From Dudresnaya verticillata (Eukaryota), in assembly GCA_977862235.1 (NCBI GenBank), contig OZ374561.1, positions 1,736,001-1,800,000 on the forward strand: a DNA stretch of 64,000 nucleotides, given 5' to 3'. Numbering within the stretch: position 1 is the stretch's first letter; every line of letters begins with the position of its first letter. The notes below the pieces were generated by a model. That model saw only the letters and a program-made list of their open reading frames with translations. It searched no databases and was not told where the DNA came from. Shown here in pieces: positions 50,378-62,565 of the stretch. A program made the translations under genes and the position numbers.

Positions 50378-51193
50378 ATGCGTACGGATACGCGAACCAC
50401 CGCTTTTGCCGCGCTCTCACCGAGTCTTAAGCCATCTCGTGTGCTTCAGAGATCATCGTTTGTTTCTCCCATTTTTCCAAGCTCCAGATTTTCGCTGAAG
50501 TCGCATCGTTCGGGAGCTTCCTTTCCCCAACAAACGCACTGGAGACAAGATCTAAAAATGGTTTTCACCGGGATCGTCGAAGAAATGGGACAGGTCACCC
50601 GAATTGAAAACTTGGCCTCGGAGGAGGGGGGCGTTAACCTTACCGTCACTGCAAACACGACGCTGGGTGGAGTTAAGCTTGGCGATAGCATATCTGTGAA
50701 TGGTACTTGCCTCACTGTGACTGACCGGGACGACAAGGGCTTTACGTTTGGTCTTGCACCAGAGACTTTGCGACGGACAAATTTGGGACAGCTAGTATCT
50801 GGAAGCAACGTGAATCTGGAGCGAAGTCTTGCTGCTGATGGGCGGTTCGGGGGTCACGTCGTGCAGGGCCATGTTGATTGTACTGGGAAGATTGTAGGTA
50901 TCACGCCTGAGAAGGAGGCGGTTTGGTTCACGATCCAGGTTCCGAAAGAGTACATGAAGTATATTGTCGAGAAAGGGTACATTGGGGTTGATGGCACAAG
51001 CCTGACCGTTTGCGATGTGTCAGATGACGACAACACATTCCAATTTATGATGATAGCCTATACGCAAGCACATGTCGTGACCGCCTTGAAGAAGGTTAGA
51101 GATGTGGTTAACATCGAAGTCGATATTACAGGCAAGTACATCGAGCGCATCATGGCAGCGCGCGGCGCATCTGTGGTGGGAACTGGGGCATGA
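50378..51193 (+). CDS. RIB5: Riboflavin synthase with a plastid transit peptide
   Basis: Ser-rich transit peptide, then MVFTGIVEE, GDSISVNGTCLTV, VNLERSL, GGHVVQGHVD and KGYIGVDGTSLTV. Confidence 0.97.
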   Translation: MRTDTRTTAFAALSPSLKPSRVLQRSSFVSPIFPSSRFSLKSHRSGASFPQQTHWRQDLKMVFTGIVEEMGQVTRIENLASEEGGVNLTVTANTTLGGVKLGDSISVNGTCLTVTDRDDKGFTFGLAPETLRRTNLGQLVSGSNVNLERSLAADGRFGGHVVQGHVDCTGKIVGITPEKEAVWFTIQVPKEYMKYIVEKGYIGVDGTSLTVCDVSDDDNTFQFMMIAYTQAHVVTALKKVRDVVNIEVDITGKYIERIMAARGASVVGTGA

Positions 51194-51240
51194 GCACCTA
51201 ACGTACAACCCCTCAGTAAAAGTTGGTACGCTTTACGTCT

Positions 51241-51924
51241 TCAGAGTTTGTGTCGCTTCGATCGTATCAGCATTCCACTGGCAATATCCATTTCCTTCTT
51301 CTTCGCTTCACGGGTTTTTTGCTTCCTTCGCTTCGCAATAAGAACCGAGATGGGCATCTTCTCGTTTTTCGCCGGCCGGCATCCCAGCCTCGAGCGCTCA
51401 GCGGCCTCATACTTCCTTCGATCATGCTTCTGCAAGGCGATTGCGCCGAATCGACCAACTTCCCGTCTATGCGATTCGACAAAATCGGCAGCTTCGACGA
51501 GCTCAATGTCCTCTGCGGCTTTGCCCTTCTTCGCCTTCCGCCACGATATGTTCTCCATTACCTTGCGCTTTCTTGGTCTTCGCGATAGGTCTTGTGCCTT
51601 AACCACAATAGCTTGAGGAGTCTGCAGTTTACTGCTGCCGCGATCTGCTTGTCTAGGTGCTGTTGTATGCGCGGCTCTTCCTCGACCGATGATGGCGTTT
51701 TCCAAAACGCGTCTTTCGGTGTCTGCATTGGCAGCCTTCACTTTGGCCTGGAAAGCTTGCAGCTGCTCTGCACTTTCTTCGTCGCGCGATTCATTTCGGT
51801 GGACTCTGCGGCGTTTTCGGAGCTTTTTCGCAGGCTTGGCGATAGGGACCTCCGGCATTTGACGCGCATCACTGGATGTCAGACGGGCTACCACCATGGC
51901 CTCGATTTCAGCGGTATCGTCCAT
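51241..51924 (-). CDS. Nucleolar 40S biogenesis factor, Faf1/DUF4602 (C1orf131)-like
   Basis: Lys/Arg-rich protein with REVGRFGAIAL.K.DRRKYE......LG.RPAKNEKMP. First ATG at 51924. Confidence 0.7.
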   Translation of the reverse strand: MDDTAEIEAMVVARLTSSDARQMPEVPIAKPAKKLRKRRRVHRNESRDEESAEQLQAFQAKVKAANADTERRVLENAIIGRGRAAHTTAPRQADRGSSKLQTPQAIVVKAQDLSRRPRKRKVMENISWRKAKKGKAAEDIELVEAADFVESHRREVGRFGAIALQKHDRRKYEAAERSRLGCRPAKNEKMPISVLIAKRRKQKTREAKKKEMDIASGMLIRSKRHKL

Positions 51925-52703
51925 TTGTACCGTGCTGCCGCTTGTCGAGACGCAACTGCAAGCGGGGTAAGGGTCCAACAGACAGAGAGCGTCGAGAGTG
52001 TCGGAGCCGTGCGCACCGTAGACGTTTAGAAAGACGAAAGGTACGGTGCTCCGACGGCGGTGACGCCAACCTTACAACAGGTGGGTCCAGATTCGTTGTT
52101 GGCGATCGGGATTGCGCGAAACTGGAATTACAGAAGGCGTGCACGACTTATGTGTTGGCTTACTGTGAGTAACAGCCATTAAAAATGTTATGATAAGGGG
52201 GAGAAAGCCGCTTCGTGTAAAAGGAGAGGTGTCCAGAACATACTTTTCCCCACAAGATATTTTACGAATGATAATGGTTGGCCCAAGTGTTGAACAAGTC
52301 GGAGCTGCACCGTAAATATCTTAGTGGTACGACCAGCTAACAAAAATCTAAAGAGATTTTTACTCGAACGATTCGCCCACTCAACTCTCTTCTCCTTCAT
52401 TCATTTACTACTTCTTCCCTCCGTATCTGCAACCGTCGCTCGCTCACTACCATAGAACGGTTCCCCCGTATCTGCCGTCTTCGTTCTCTGTCCGCATCTT
52501 TTCCCGCGTTGTTTCCTGAGCGCCCCCTACAGCCGAGCTTGTGTGGTTTGTGACGAGTAGCACGAGCGACACAAGCAACTTCCCGGCCTGCACGCGCGGT
52601 CGCCGCGGCCCACCATCTCCCGGCGATGAACGACCCTTTCAACGTCTCACCGCGCCGTCGAGCTGGTCAGCGGCCGCCGTCTTCGACGGGTAGGGCATCA
52701 ACC

Positions 52704-54293
52704 ATGGGCATCAAGATGGCACCGGCAGATGTAACCCCACAGCCTTTTCACGAGGTACCCTCTGCTGACAATACCACCGATGCCGACACCGCGCACGCTT
52801 CCAATCCGTCTACTTCGGCCGACGTGAGCAGCAGCGACGCAAGTGCCGCGCAAACCGTTCCCACCAAAGAAAAGGGAAAGCAAAAGTCCGGCTCGTCCCC
52901 CGAGCAACAGAAGAAGAACTCATCGTCCGTCCCGCCGCCGACGAAGAAACCGCGGAAGAAGTATGTCATAACTAAGCATCGCGAGAATTGGACTGACGAG
53001 GAACATCAACTCTTTCTGGATGCTTTGAAGAAGTACGGTCGCTCATGGAAGCAAATCGAAGGACATGTCCGAACCAAGAATGTTATCCAGATTCGCTCAC
53101 ATGCCCAGAAGTACTTTATCAAAGTCCAGAAGAACAACACTGGTGAGCATATCCCACCACCACGTCCCAAGCGCAAACAGAATGCGATGAACGGACCTTC
53201 GTCGACACCACCGCTGCATCCCCCTGCCGTGCGGCAATCCCCTCCACCGGTGGCAGTAACTCTTTCACCGTCAATGTCACATCCGCACCAACACGCAATG
53301 GCAATTGCCCTTGCACATGCCCAACATCCGATGGCTGCTCATTTACAAATGCCGTCGCATTTGTACTCATTGCATGCGCTGGGCTTGCATGCGCAAACTG
53401 CTCAGTATTTCGGGTATCGACACCCCATGCAAGCACTGCGGCCTGTTCCACAGCCTAATCAGCAGCCGGCAGCCCGCTCCTCCGCAAAGGCGATTTCTCC
53501 AAGGTTAGTCGATCCCAAGGACATGCCAAACGTGCTCCTGCAACATGAGCAGCAGAGACAACAGCGACAACGGATACATCAGTTTCAGCAACAACAACGA
53601 CAACAACGACGACAACTGCAGCAACAACAAGATCCCAGTACCGCTGCGCCAAACTCAAAAATGGAACTTGCGGCGATGCCTTTGTCAACACCTCCGCTTG
53701 ACCAGCAACAGCTGTTTCCGTCGCTCGTGGGTCAAAATGGGGATTCGTCGACTTCAAACGCCCAGTCTCGAGAGAACAGGTCTCTTCGACAGGTACCTAT
53801 TGCGTTATCAAAAGCACCCAGGGCATCCGCTGCGACCACACCGATTGGCAATGCTGCGATTGGTCATAGTCCAGTGCTTTCGAGACCTGATCCAGCCCCA
53901 GATGAACGTAATAGCTTTAAGGACCATTCCAATCAGGCAGGTGTTGTTCCGAATATGACTGCAGCAATATCAAATGCTGGGTCAGCGGCACGAGTGGCAT
54001 CTGCAGCTGCGACCTCGGCGGCGGCAGCTGCTGGCGGAGAGGTTGCAGCGACGAGTCCAAATTTTACAAGAATCTACGGCTTCTTCGCTGCGTTATTTGA
54101 TCCGACGCAACCAAGTGGGGTGACGCAGCTGATTGAAGGCTCAGAACTAAGCGCATTGGATTGGGAAATAATTAAGCTTCTTGTGAGAAACTTGGAGGTG
54201 AATGTGGACAACGCGGTTTTCAGACAACAGCTAGCAGAGACGTACAGGCAACAGCAGATGCGCCTTCAAGAACAACAACATCAGCAGGAATAG
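52704..54293 (+). CDS. SHAQKYF single-MYB transcription factor, REVEILLE8/LCL-like
   Basis: [21 protein letters not shown]...[29 protein letters not shown], a polyQ linker and C-terminal PNF..IY.F...LFDP...[13 protein letters not shown]. Alternative ATG at 52626. Confidence 0.9.
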   Translation: MGIKMAPADVTPQPFHEVPSADNTTDADTAHASNPSTSADVSSSDASAAQTVPTKEKGKQKSGSSPEQQKKNSSSVPPPTKKPRKKYVITKHRENWTDEEHQLFLDALKKYGRSWKQIEGHVRTKNVIQIRSHAQKYFIKVQKNNTGEHIPPPRPKRKQNAMNGPSSTPPLHPPAVRQSPPPVAVTLSPSMSHPHQHAMAIALAHAQHPMAAHLQMPSHLYSLHALGLHAQTAQYFGYRHPMQALRPVPQPNQQPAARSSAKAISPRLVDPKDMPNVLLQHEQQRQQRQRIHQFQQQQRQQRRQLQQQQDPSTAAPNSKMELAAMPLSTPPLDQQQLFPSLVGQNGDSSTSNAQSRENRSLRQVPIALSKAPRASAATTPIGNAAIGHSPVLSRPDPAPDERNSFKDHSNQAGVVPNMTAAISNAGSAARVASAAATSAAAAAGGEVAATSPNFTRIYGFFAALFDPTQPSGVTQLIEGSELSALDWEIIKLLVRNLEVNVDNAVFRQQLAETYRQQQMRLQEQQHQQE

Positions 54294-54937
54294 TAGTAGT
54301 AGATCCAGGCATACTGTAGCTAGGCAAGTTTATACGTACGGGATATATTTGACATGAACTATCAACTAAGCGGGTTTACCTTTACAACCTGGAGTTCGCG
54401 TGGGGATTGGATTGGACATCATTCTGTACATAAAACCCTCTCCACCCCTCTTTATGATCGGTACATTGACTCAGCGGGTTGCCATTTGTGGTCCTGCTGC
54501 CGGTGCAGAGAGCTTGCGTTAATTACGGCAACACATGACGCCTATTGAACAAGCTTAAGCATGGTATGGATTGTCCTCAGTCGATGGACAAGGTCATCTT
54601 AAGCCACGTAAACTCTCTTTGACCTTGCCATAACCCACAGCGCGTACGATCAATTACCTAAAGCCAGACTTCTTTGCTTGGATATGTGAGCATTTGTCGT
54701 TTGAGATTACAGCTACAGCGCTGGCCAACAAGAAGGCATCAACGCCACAAAAAAAGGGAACGAGCCATTCTCACCCCTGCTTATGCGCATTAGAAGGAAA
54801 AGAACGACTGTCACAGGTGAAACCGAGCCAGCATGAGACACACCCAGAGAGCATTATTAGGACACTCAAGGCGATACACGTCGCTCTCTGACCAGAGTCA
54901 AAAGATTTGTACGTACATACCGCAACTGGTGACAACA

Positions 54938-55888
54938 TCAGTTATAATCAGCGGGAAGCTTGTTCATGACCTCCTGGATACTAAACTTGCAAACTGGGCA
55001 TCGAGCCTGCTGGACGAGCCAGGGATCGATACAATCAGCCATGAAGCGATGAAAGCAAGGAAGGATTCGGATCTTCATGCCGTCCTCAAAATCTTCAAGA
55101 CATATTGTACAGCTCTTTGCGGTGTCTCTGGCAATCTCCGGCGAGTCATTGGCATCATCGGTGTCTTCCCGCAAGTTGCTCAGCTGCCCAGAGCTCGCCG
55201 TACGCATTGGCTCTTTCGCAATACTATCAGCCGAACCCTCGCCGTCGCTGCCCGCTGCAGTTGCGCGCGGCCTCCTCTCCCCCTCCTTTCGGTAGATATA
55301 TGTCGGCAGACGCGCAATGGTCTCATGACTGGCACCCTCCAAAAAGCGACGCAGGCGCTGGCTGTTGTTGTCAAGGTCGAGCAGGAGCTCATAGTCGGCG
55401 TCTGTGAAGTCGCGGTCCATCATAGTCAAGCGCTGGCTGTGACGGGCGTACGCTGCGCTCTCTCCGGTAAGATGTCTGTGCGAGCGTAGATGGCGGACAC
55501 GGGTACGAGCAGCGCCGTCGGCCTTGACACCTGCCAGTGCCAGGCGCAGCAGGACGGACGAGAAGGTAGCTACACAGGCGGCGACGGCGAGCGGGAACAT
55601 GGCCTCGTTGTCGGCGAGAAGATACGTGCCGCCTACCGCAGCGGTGACGAGGCCAATACCCATGGCACCTGCGACGGCGCGAGCTCGCAGGGAGGGCTGC
55701 TGCGGGGCAGGCTGGGGAGGCGGGGGTGGTGGCAGAGGCTGGGTGGTGGCCGATGGAGCCGACTGCTGATGCGGCGCAGGCGGGGGTGGTAGGGGCGGGA
55801 GCGGGAGCGGGGCGTCGTCGCGGCGGCGGCGCAGGTCGGGCGGATGCGGCGGGGCCGCCGGGGCCGGGGGGTCCGGGTTGGTCGGCAT
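54938..55888 (-). CDS. Membrane-anchored RING-H2-type E3 ligase, SDIR1-like
   Basis: Two TM helices; RLTMMDRDFTDADYELLLDLD; IARLP; CTICLE...LPCFHRFMADCIDPWL....CPVCK. The start is uncertain (55888, or an upstream in-frame ATG). Confidence 0.85.
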   Translation of the reverse strand: MPTNPDPPAPAAPPHPPDLRRRRDDAPLPLPPLPPPPAPHQQSAPSATTQPLPPPPPPQPAPQQPSLRARAVAGAMGIGLVTAAVGGTYLLADNEAMFPLAVAACVATFSSVLLRLALAGVKADGAARTRVRHLRSHRHLTGESAAYARHSQRLTMMDRDFTDADYELLLDLDNNSQRLRRFLEGASHETIARLPTYIYRKEGERRPRATAAGSDGEGSADSIAKEPMRTASSGQLSNLREDTDDANDSPEIARDTAKSCTICLEDFEDGMKIRILPCFHRFMADCIDPWLVQQARCPVCKFSIQEVMNKLPADYN

Positions 55889-56635
55889 GTGGCGTGCGGC
55901 TGCGGGAAGGAGGAGGACGGCGCGAGGGCGTGCGCCGGTTGTTGTAGCGTTCAGGCTGAGGGTGCAGACTGCCCAGTGGGCTGCACGGGCTGTTGGAGGT
56001 GACGCGTTGTGGAAGCGTGCAGCTGGCGCAACTGAACGCTGTTGCGCGTCCATTGGGGAGCGCAGCCATTTTGAGGAGGAGCGGAGTGCACCGCCATTGG
56101 CGGTTGGCGAGGCTGCGCTTGTGGAGGCCAATCGTCATCCGCAATGCTCGTGAAAACTCTGCCCACAAATTTCGCAGTCTTGCATTACAGAGCTGAAAGG
56201 CACGAAAGGGCTACAATCGTCAACTTTGACATCAGTCTACCGCAATGAACAACACACATCTCCATGCGATCACCTTCCTCCTTCAGCCCCTCAGCGCAAC
56301 CACCGCAAGGCACTTGCGGGCTGAAACCTGAACTAACGCTCGGGTTACCCAGCGAAATGCAGACCTCTGGGCAAGCAATATAGCTCTTCTCATGCCCTTG
56401 TTTATCAAGTCACAAGTCATTTCCACCTACTGTACCACACACTCTCACCAATCCCATCCAAACGTCACCGACCCCCCGGAAGACCCTTAAGCAGTTCGAT
56501 GGGCTGCGCGTATCTACAAGCCCTCGCTGTCGCCCCTCCAGTTTACTTTGCACATAAATCGAGCCATTAGGCTCTCCATTTCGCAAACAAAACACCACGA
56601 AAACAGTATAAAACACACGTCTTCGCCTACCGCAC

Positions 56636-58054
56636 TTATCCGAAGAACATCAATCCAGAGTCGTTGGCTCCTTCCTTGGCGAAGATCTCAAAATACTGGT
56701 AGATGATTGTCACAGCCATCAGGATACCAGTACCAGATCCAATCGCTCCGAGAAAGTCCGCCATGATTGTTAGCAGACCGACGCAAATACCACCGAATGC
56801 CGCTGCAGTTGGAATGTACCGGTTCAGCTCCTTCACCAGCGAAGTCTCGCGATGTCCCTTAAGAGTCATCTGCTGTTCCTTCAACTGCCGTGCCACATCT
56901 CGTGCAGAAGAACCAGAAACTTCAATCCAGTACTTACTGAAAAGCCCGCAAGCTGATAGGATGAAAGCCAGGTACACCAACGCACGGAGCGGGTCCTCCA
57001 GAACAGCTCCGATGTTGTGAGGCCGCGAGATGTAGTATGCGAGACCCCCAACGGGGTACATCTGAGCAGAATCCTGAATCGTAGTCCATCGACCGATGAT
57101 GTTCACAAACAGGTTCGTGGGATATCTTCGGTACAAAATCTGCGACACGAAGTACAAGTTGGATACAAGAGCAGTCTGGAGAATGATGGGGATGTTCGAG
57201 GTGTAAAACAGCTTGATCGGATACGAACCCTGCGCACCGCGAATTCGGTTCGATTTGACAGGCAGGTCCACGCGGAAGCCTTGGAAGTAAATGACGATGG
57301 CAAACACAAGCACGGTAGCAAGAAGGTTGGAGACGTTTGGAAGGTCTGGTCGGAACAAAGCTTCGCGGAACGCACGGACCTTGTCACCGCGGGTGATAAG
57401 TAGGTGGAAGAACGCGATTATAGCACCTTCGAACTCCTTGCCCCTGCCGATGTTGATAGTGGTCGGGGACAGAGAGGACCACACAATAGTCTCACAGATA
57501 TTGGTGGCGATGAAGAGAGAAATTCCTGAACCCAGCCCGTAACCTTTCTGTAACAGCTCATCCAAGAGCAAGACAATCATTCCGGCAACAAAGAGCTGCG
57601 TGATGATGAGGATAGCGTTACCGGTACCAAGTACTGAGAGGTCACCGTACATGCCAGAAAAGACGTACATCGAAGCCTCGGCAAGGCAGATAATGAGGCC
57701 CATGAGCTTCTCAGCACCAGAGAACAGCGCGCGGTCCTCCTTGAGGCCTTGATCGACTTGAATGATGCGAGTACCTGCGAGGAATTGCATGATCATGGAG
57801 GAGGTAATAATGGGGGAAATACCGAGCTCCATGAGAGTACCACGGTTGGACGCAGCCAGGACGGCACGCACGAAGTACAAGGGATCTGAAGACTTGGTGT
57901 TCTTGACACCATAGAGCGGAATCTGGCAGCAGACAAGGTAAATGAAGAGGGTGACGGCAGTCCACATCACCTTTTCCTTGAAGGCGATGCGCTTATTGGG
58001 CTGCTCGATCTCCGGCAGCAGCGGGACGAACGGGCGAACAACGGCGCGCCACAT
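56636..58054 (-). CDS. SEC61A: Protein transport protein Sec61 subunit alpha
   Basis: [56 protein letters not shown] and [10 protein letters not shown]. Confidence 0.98.
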   Translation of the reverse strand: MWRAVVRPFVPLLPEIEQPNKRIAFKEKVMWTAVTLFIYLVCCQIPLYGVKNTKSSDPLYFVRAVLAASNRGTLMELGISPIITSSMIMQFLAGTRIIQVDQGLKEDRALFSGAEKLMGLIICLAEASMYVFSGMYGDLSVLGTGNAILIITQLFVAGMIVLLLDELLQKGYGLGSGISLFIATNICETIVWSSLSPTTINIGRGKEFEGAIIAFFHLLITRGDKVRAFREALFRPDLPNVSNLLATVLVFAIVIYFQGFRVDLPVKSNRIRGAQGSYPIKLFYTSNIPIILQTALVSNLYFVSQILYRRYPTNLFVNIIGRWTTIQDSAQMYPVGGLAYYISRPHNIGAVLEDPLRALVYLAFILSACGLFSKYWIEVSGSSARDVARQLKEQQMTLKGHRETSLVKELNRYIPTAAAFGGICVGLLTIMADFLGAIGSGTGILMAVTIIYQYFEIFAKEGANDSGLMFFG

Positions 58055-59248
58055 GATGCAGTCGAATGGTCGCTGTGGCGAACTCGGAGAAGGTCTCTCG
58101 GTGGGTGTCCCCCGATTTCAAAGCACGGCGGTGGAGGACACTGCGCTGGTTCGTAACCCAACAGCAGAATAAGACGGCGGGACAAGAGTCGTTCTTTGGT
58201 CGCTCGAAAGCGTCGATGGCAGCAATTGATAAACTGTGTCGCCTTAAAAAGACAGGTGCGGGCCGAACAATCCCTCTACCCTTAGCTGGCCGGGCTGCTG
58301 GGCAGGCAATGCGAACACGATTAGAATCCGATGATGACGTCGACATCACTAATTTGGACCCGTTTTCATTACAGTGGTCCAAACCACAAAGTCTCGTAAC
58401 GCCAATTCAGGCTCAATTATTGTCGAATCATACGCCGTGGGTATACCAGCTCTTCATATCTATTGGCGAGCCCCTAGGAGATTGACAAGCCTATGAATTC
58501 CATTTCCCAAATCTGGTCCCATGTCTTTACAGAAAATTATTAACCGGGGCTGCCGGGGCCTCCAACGCGGGACAGATCTGCTCGACAGGAATGAACAGCA
58601 AATCCTTTGTGCGAAAAAGCTCGAAATTCCGAGATTCAACTTGACTGACGGATCCAAATATAACTGAATTTAAACATCGCCCGTCGGATGAAACCCATGT
58701 CTCCTGGCGCGCCAGAAAATACCCCATGCAGTTCTTGGGCCGGGAAGGACCAGGACCCCTCATTGTGCCGTTTGAGCAGGTACGACTCCGACAGTATCGG
58801 CTACCAAAACCCAGCGCCTCCATTCCCAGTCAGACCGCAATTACGCATTCAATCCAAAAGAACCACAGGTTTTAACTTCATCCGCGACTTTGTAATTACC
58901 ATTCGCGCAAATGTTCAGCAACGACGATGGCTGGTGCCGACCTTTGAGAGGATCTTGTTGCTGCCCACATGGACAAAAAGACGGCCCTGCTGGCACCCAT
59001 CCTCAGCAGGAAACCGGGGAAAGCCAATCACCCCACATAGGCCCCGTTTCGGGAACAAGGTGGCATGTTGCCGTCATCCGGGCTACGTCACTGCGACCGG
59101 CGAGCAACGCTCTTTCTCAAGAGCAAGTCCTGACGCTCCGTACTTGAACTGCGCCCTGTCAACAATTGTGCAGAAGAAAACGCAGCCAACAACTGCCGGC
59201 AGGAATTCACACCAGTTATCCTACTCTGAACTGGACACTACCATTGCA

Positions 59249-59821
59249 ATGTGCGCCCTGGAGAAGCCTTCCGACAACAGCGAAGTAATCGCCCAGGCCC
59301 GCGAGGCCCTGCAGTTGATGCTAACACAGTCTGCGCCGGACACGGGGCAGGTGTCGCAGGCAGTTTTGGCGCTGGAAGCCCTGCGCACACGCCTGGTAGT
59401 AGCGCACCAGAGACGAACAGAGTTGGAACAAGCCAGACGTCGTGCAGAGTCTTCCGCGGCCACGACGGCAGCCCACACGCAGAGGCTGGACTCGGAGATC
59501 ATTGAGGCAAAGCTACAGGCCGGGGAGCTGCTGACCGAGCGCGACTCCGTCGCTCGAGACCTCGCCCGTGCCCGTCGGTCGCTGGAGCGTCTCGACGGCG
59601 CTGCTGAGGAGGGCCCTGGAGAAAAAGAAGGTATAGGAAACGCTGATGCGGAGCAGGATGAAGATGACGTGGAAGCCTTGGCCTTGCGTATAGCAGACGA
59701 GATGGAGCGGATGCGCCTTGCGGAGAGGCAGCTTGTTGAGGTTGTCGATGAAATTAATGTTATCAAGAAGCGGAGAGCAGAGCTTCAGGAAAAGATGCGA
59801 CAAGCGCAGAATGAATGGTGA
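59249..59821 (+). CDS. Coiled-coil hypothetical protein (190 aa)
   Basis: The heptad-rich Glu/Arg/Ala/Leu part of the 58688..59821 ORF begins at ATG 59249. The upstream in-frame part looks non-coding. Confidence 0.7.
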   Translation: MCALEKPSDNSEVIAQAREALQLMLTQSAPDTGQVSQAVLALEALRTRLVVAHQRRTELEQARRRAESSAATTAAHTQRLDSEIIEAKLQAGELLTERDSVARDLARARRSLERLDGAAEEGPGEKEGIGNADAEQDEDDVEALALRIADEMERMRLAERQLVEVVDEINVIKKRRAELQEKMRQAQNEW

Positions 59822-60568
59822 TTGCGTAATTATTGTCTGCTGTCAGCTACATTGTGCTGGGCGATGTATAGTAGCATGTATAGGAACTACGTTCGGTACA
59901 GGTGGAGTAAACCGTGGGCTTATTCGTCTGTCGCAGGCTCAGTTGCTCATGCAGAGTCGCTCCTAACAACATATGCGCGGAACGAATGCTTTAGACTACA
60001 TCAGCTTCAGTTTTCTTTTCCTCGTACTTCTGCTTCTTCTTCGTGCGCAAAATAAGAAGTATCTACATCACGGTAAAAGATGTCGCCCTACCCTAACGTG
60101 ATGGTTCAGAAGATAAAAGGCAGGACTTCCCAGAGCCCTTCCACATTCAGACTGGAAAACACTATGGCCGGCTAGTATTGCCGACCATGCCAGATACCGG
60201 GCTAATGTTGGCCTGATAAGACTACCAGTGCTCGCCGTCGAAAACCGTCGTGGAACGCATCTGCCAGAAACTTCAGAGAATACACACCTGAAGGGCACTG
60301 TAAGCGCCCGTGGATTTCTCAAAATTCTACGTTTCGGTACGATACATCGCCTGCCACAGGGCCGTGTGCTTGCCACACCGTCGAGCATTGTGCTTGTCGC
60401 AGTGCCCTTCGCACAAGCGACTCAATACTTGGTACATCACCGTGCTTGCGTCTGGGGAATCGAGGGCGTCGACAGGTCTGATCTCACAAAGGCTGCGCGA
60501 GGACCTATATCGTATTGCCCAAGTCACCCAGTAGGCGTTGAGCGCTCCCCATTCGAGAGTAACACGAG

Positions 60569-61255
60569 ATGGTAACTGCTGATGATGAAAGGGGTGAAGC
60601 TGGCGAGTTCCTGAACGCGGACCTTCATGACTCGCTACCGCCACCATCATCCGAAGCGAGGGCGACAAGCGGTGATATTGAAGGGGATGGAGAGGAGGAG
60701 GAAGGGGCTGTGCAGGCGATCTTGCGACAAAGCTCCCACCCGACGGTAGCGATTTTCCACGTTTTCTTCAAGGTTGCAGCGATAACTGCCTACCTGTTAC
60801 TCGGCTTTGTAACGAAGAACTTTGTCATCCAGTTCGTATCTACCGTAACTCTGCTTGCGTTCGACTTCTGGACCGTGAAGAATGTAACAGGCCGGAAACT
60901 GGTCGGGCTACGCTGGTGGCATGAGGTCGGCGAGGATGGTGTAACTCAGACATGGCGCTTTGAGACGATTCCTAATCGTGAGAATCTCAACGCGACGGAT
61001 GGCCGCATATTCTGGTGGACCATGTACCTAACCCCCATTTTATGGATTGTGCTAGGCGTTGTATGCGTTCTCAAGTTCAACGTTTCATATCTTCTCATGG
61101 TCGTCATTGCCCTTACTCTTAGTGGAGCAAACATTGTTGGATATTATAAGTGTAACAAGGAAGCGACTGAACAAATCCGCAACTACATTGGAAAAACAAT
61201 GCTTGGGCATGCAATGGAACAGAGTGGGCTGGGGAGGTTATCGCGGTTCGTATAG
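60569..61255 (+). CDS. TVP23: Golgi membrane protein TVP23/ECHIDNA (FAM18)
   Basis: HP.VAIFHVFFK, LLAFDFWTVKNVTGRKLVGLRWW, W.FE, FWW and GANIVGYYKC. Confidence 0.95.
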   Translation: MVTADDERGEAGEFLNADLHDSLPPPSSEARATSGDIEGDGEEEEGAVQAILRQSSHPTVAIFHVFFKVAAITAYLLLGFVTKNFVIQFVSTVTLLAFDFWTVKNVTGRKLVGLRWWHEVGEDGVTQTWRFETIPNRENLNATDGRIFWWTMYLTPILWIVLGVVCVLKFNVSYLLMVVIALTLSGANIVGYYKCNKEATEQIRNYIGKTMLGHAMEQSGLGRLSRFV

Positions 61256-61664
61256 AAAACTGGTTCTCTTGGTAGAGGACATCCGAGGAGCTTTGTAAAT
61301 CATATGACTTTAACTGCTTACATCTACGACGAGGAGACAAACCGTACCTCTCTGCTCCCGGCGACGCAACGTGATGGACGAGACGCTTACGACAAACTTT
61401 CCAGCAGTTTGTCATAACAGCATCGCATGTATTACAAGTTTGAAACGTCCCAACGGCATCTCTTCCTACCCAGCCTTCCACAACTTTTGAGAACAACTTG
61501 CTATCAGCCAATTCCATTGGGCTCGCTGTTGGTTCTCCTTCGATGTCGATACAAATGCAGAAAGGGCAACACGGAAATATGCGATATAGATCAATTCTCC
61601 TTTTCGTTCTGCGCTTGAGCGCTCGAGCCAAAGGAATGTAATCTGTATATGTGGGTTGCAATCC

Positions 61665-62114
61665 TCAAGACACTTCAGTTGTCTCTTTGGCTTTCGCGTC
61701 CTTCTCGAGCACGTGGGCATCGACAACAGGAACTACAATAATCCCTTTCGGATCAATGCGAGAGAGCTGAAACTGAAATGCGGGCGTAACCCATTTTCCA
61801 CAAGAGCACGGAGAACCTGACCATGAAAAGGAACCAACTCGACTCTTGCAGCCGGGGCAAACCAAACGCCCATGATTGCCATCCATCTGCTCCACCCATT
61901 CAGGCGCCTCGGAAAGAAAAACGCTACTGCATCTTCCCCCAACACCAAGGCTCACCGCATTATCAGAATGACCCCAAGTCTCTTTCACCTTGCTCACACC
62001 GACGCCATCGTTGCCATGACCTGCAGTTCCCTCATGCAGAACTTGTCCCCTGAAGAACAATGTGCGTGCACATCGCCTGCAAGCGTAGTATACTTCCGTT
62101 TCTGCAGTCTCCAT
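61665..62114 (-). CDS. Stand-alone Yvh1/DUSP12-type zinc-binding domain protein
   Basis: YACRRCARTLF...CSSVFL..PEWV...GRLVCPGCKSRVGSFSWSG.PCSCGKWVTPAFQFQLSRID. First ATG at 62114; no phosphatase domain. Confidence 0.88.
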   Translation of the reverse strand: METAETEVYYACRRCARTLFFRGQVLHEGTAGHGNDGVGVSKVKETWGHSDNAVSLGVGGRCSSVFLSEAPEWVEQMDGNHGRLVCPGCKSRVGSFSWSGSPCSCGKWVTPAFQFQLSRIDPKGIIVVPVVDAHVLEKDAKAKETTEVS

Positions 62115-62565
62115 TAGCGAAACTTGGGGCACATAACGGGGCTGAGACTCTAGACGCACTTCCACTGGACCTCGAGAATGAAAAGAACGTCAAACACAAA
62201 CTCAGTTTCCGGCGGCAACGAAAGGAGCATTTCTGGGCTTTCTTCGGACAACAAGAAATTTTTGTCAAGTAGTAATGCTTGGAAAATTAAGTTAAATAAG
62301 GGTTTTCGAGAATGTGCGGACGGCATAGGGGGGATCCGCATCAGCAGAGGTCCCGCAGCACTTTGCTGCGAACCCCTCCGCACTTTTCTCAAGAGTATTC
62401 CGTCCTTTTTCTGGACCACAAGAGCTGCAACTGCTGGGCGCGTCGGGAGTGAACGGAAGCCTTTTCTGCAGCAGCCTTCGCAGAGAGCACAGTAACGTTT
62501 GTAACTTTCAACTGCTGCTGTTGCTTATTGCTCTCGAGTTCCCCGCTCCGTTGGCTACCATCAAC

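Noticed and set aside
58688..59248. N-terminal extension of the coiled-coil ORF
   Set aside because: Its composition looks non-coding and it probably represents promoter or 5' UTR.
61119..61661. 180-aa Cys-containing minus-strand ORF
   Set aside because: Non-ATG start, overlaps the TVP23 3' end in antisense and has no recognisable family.
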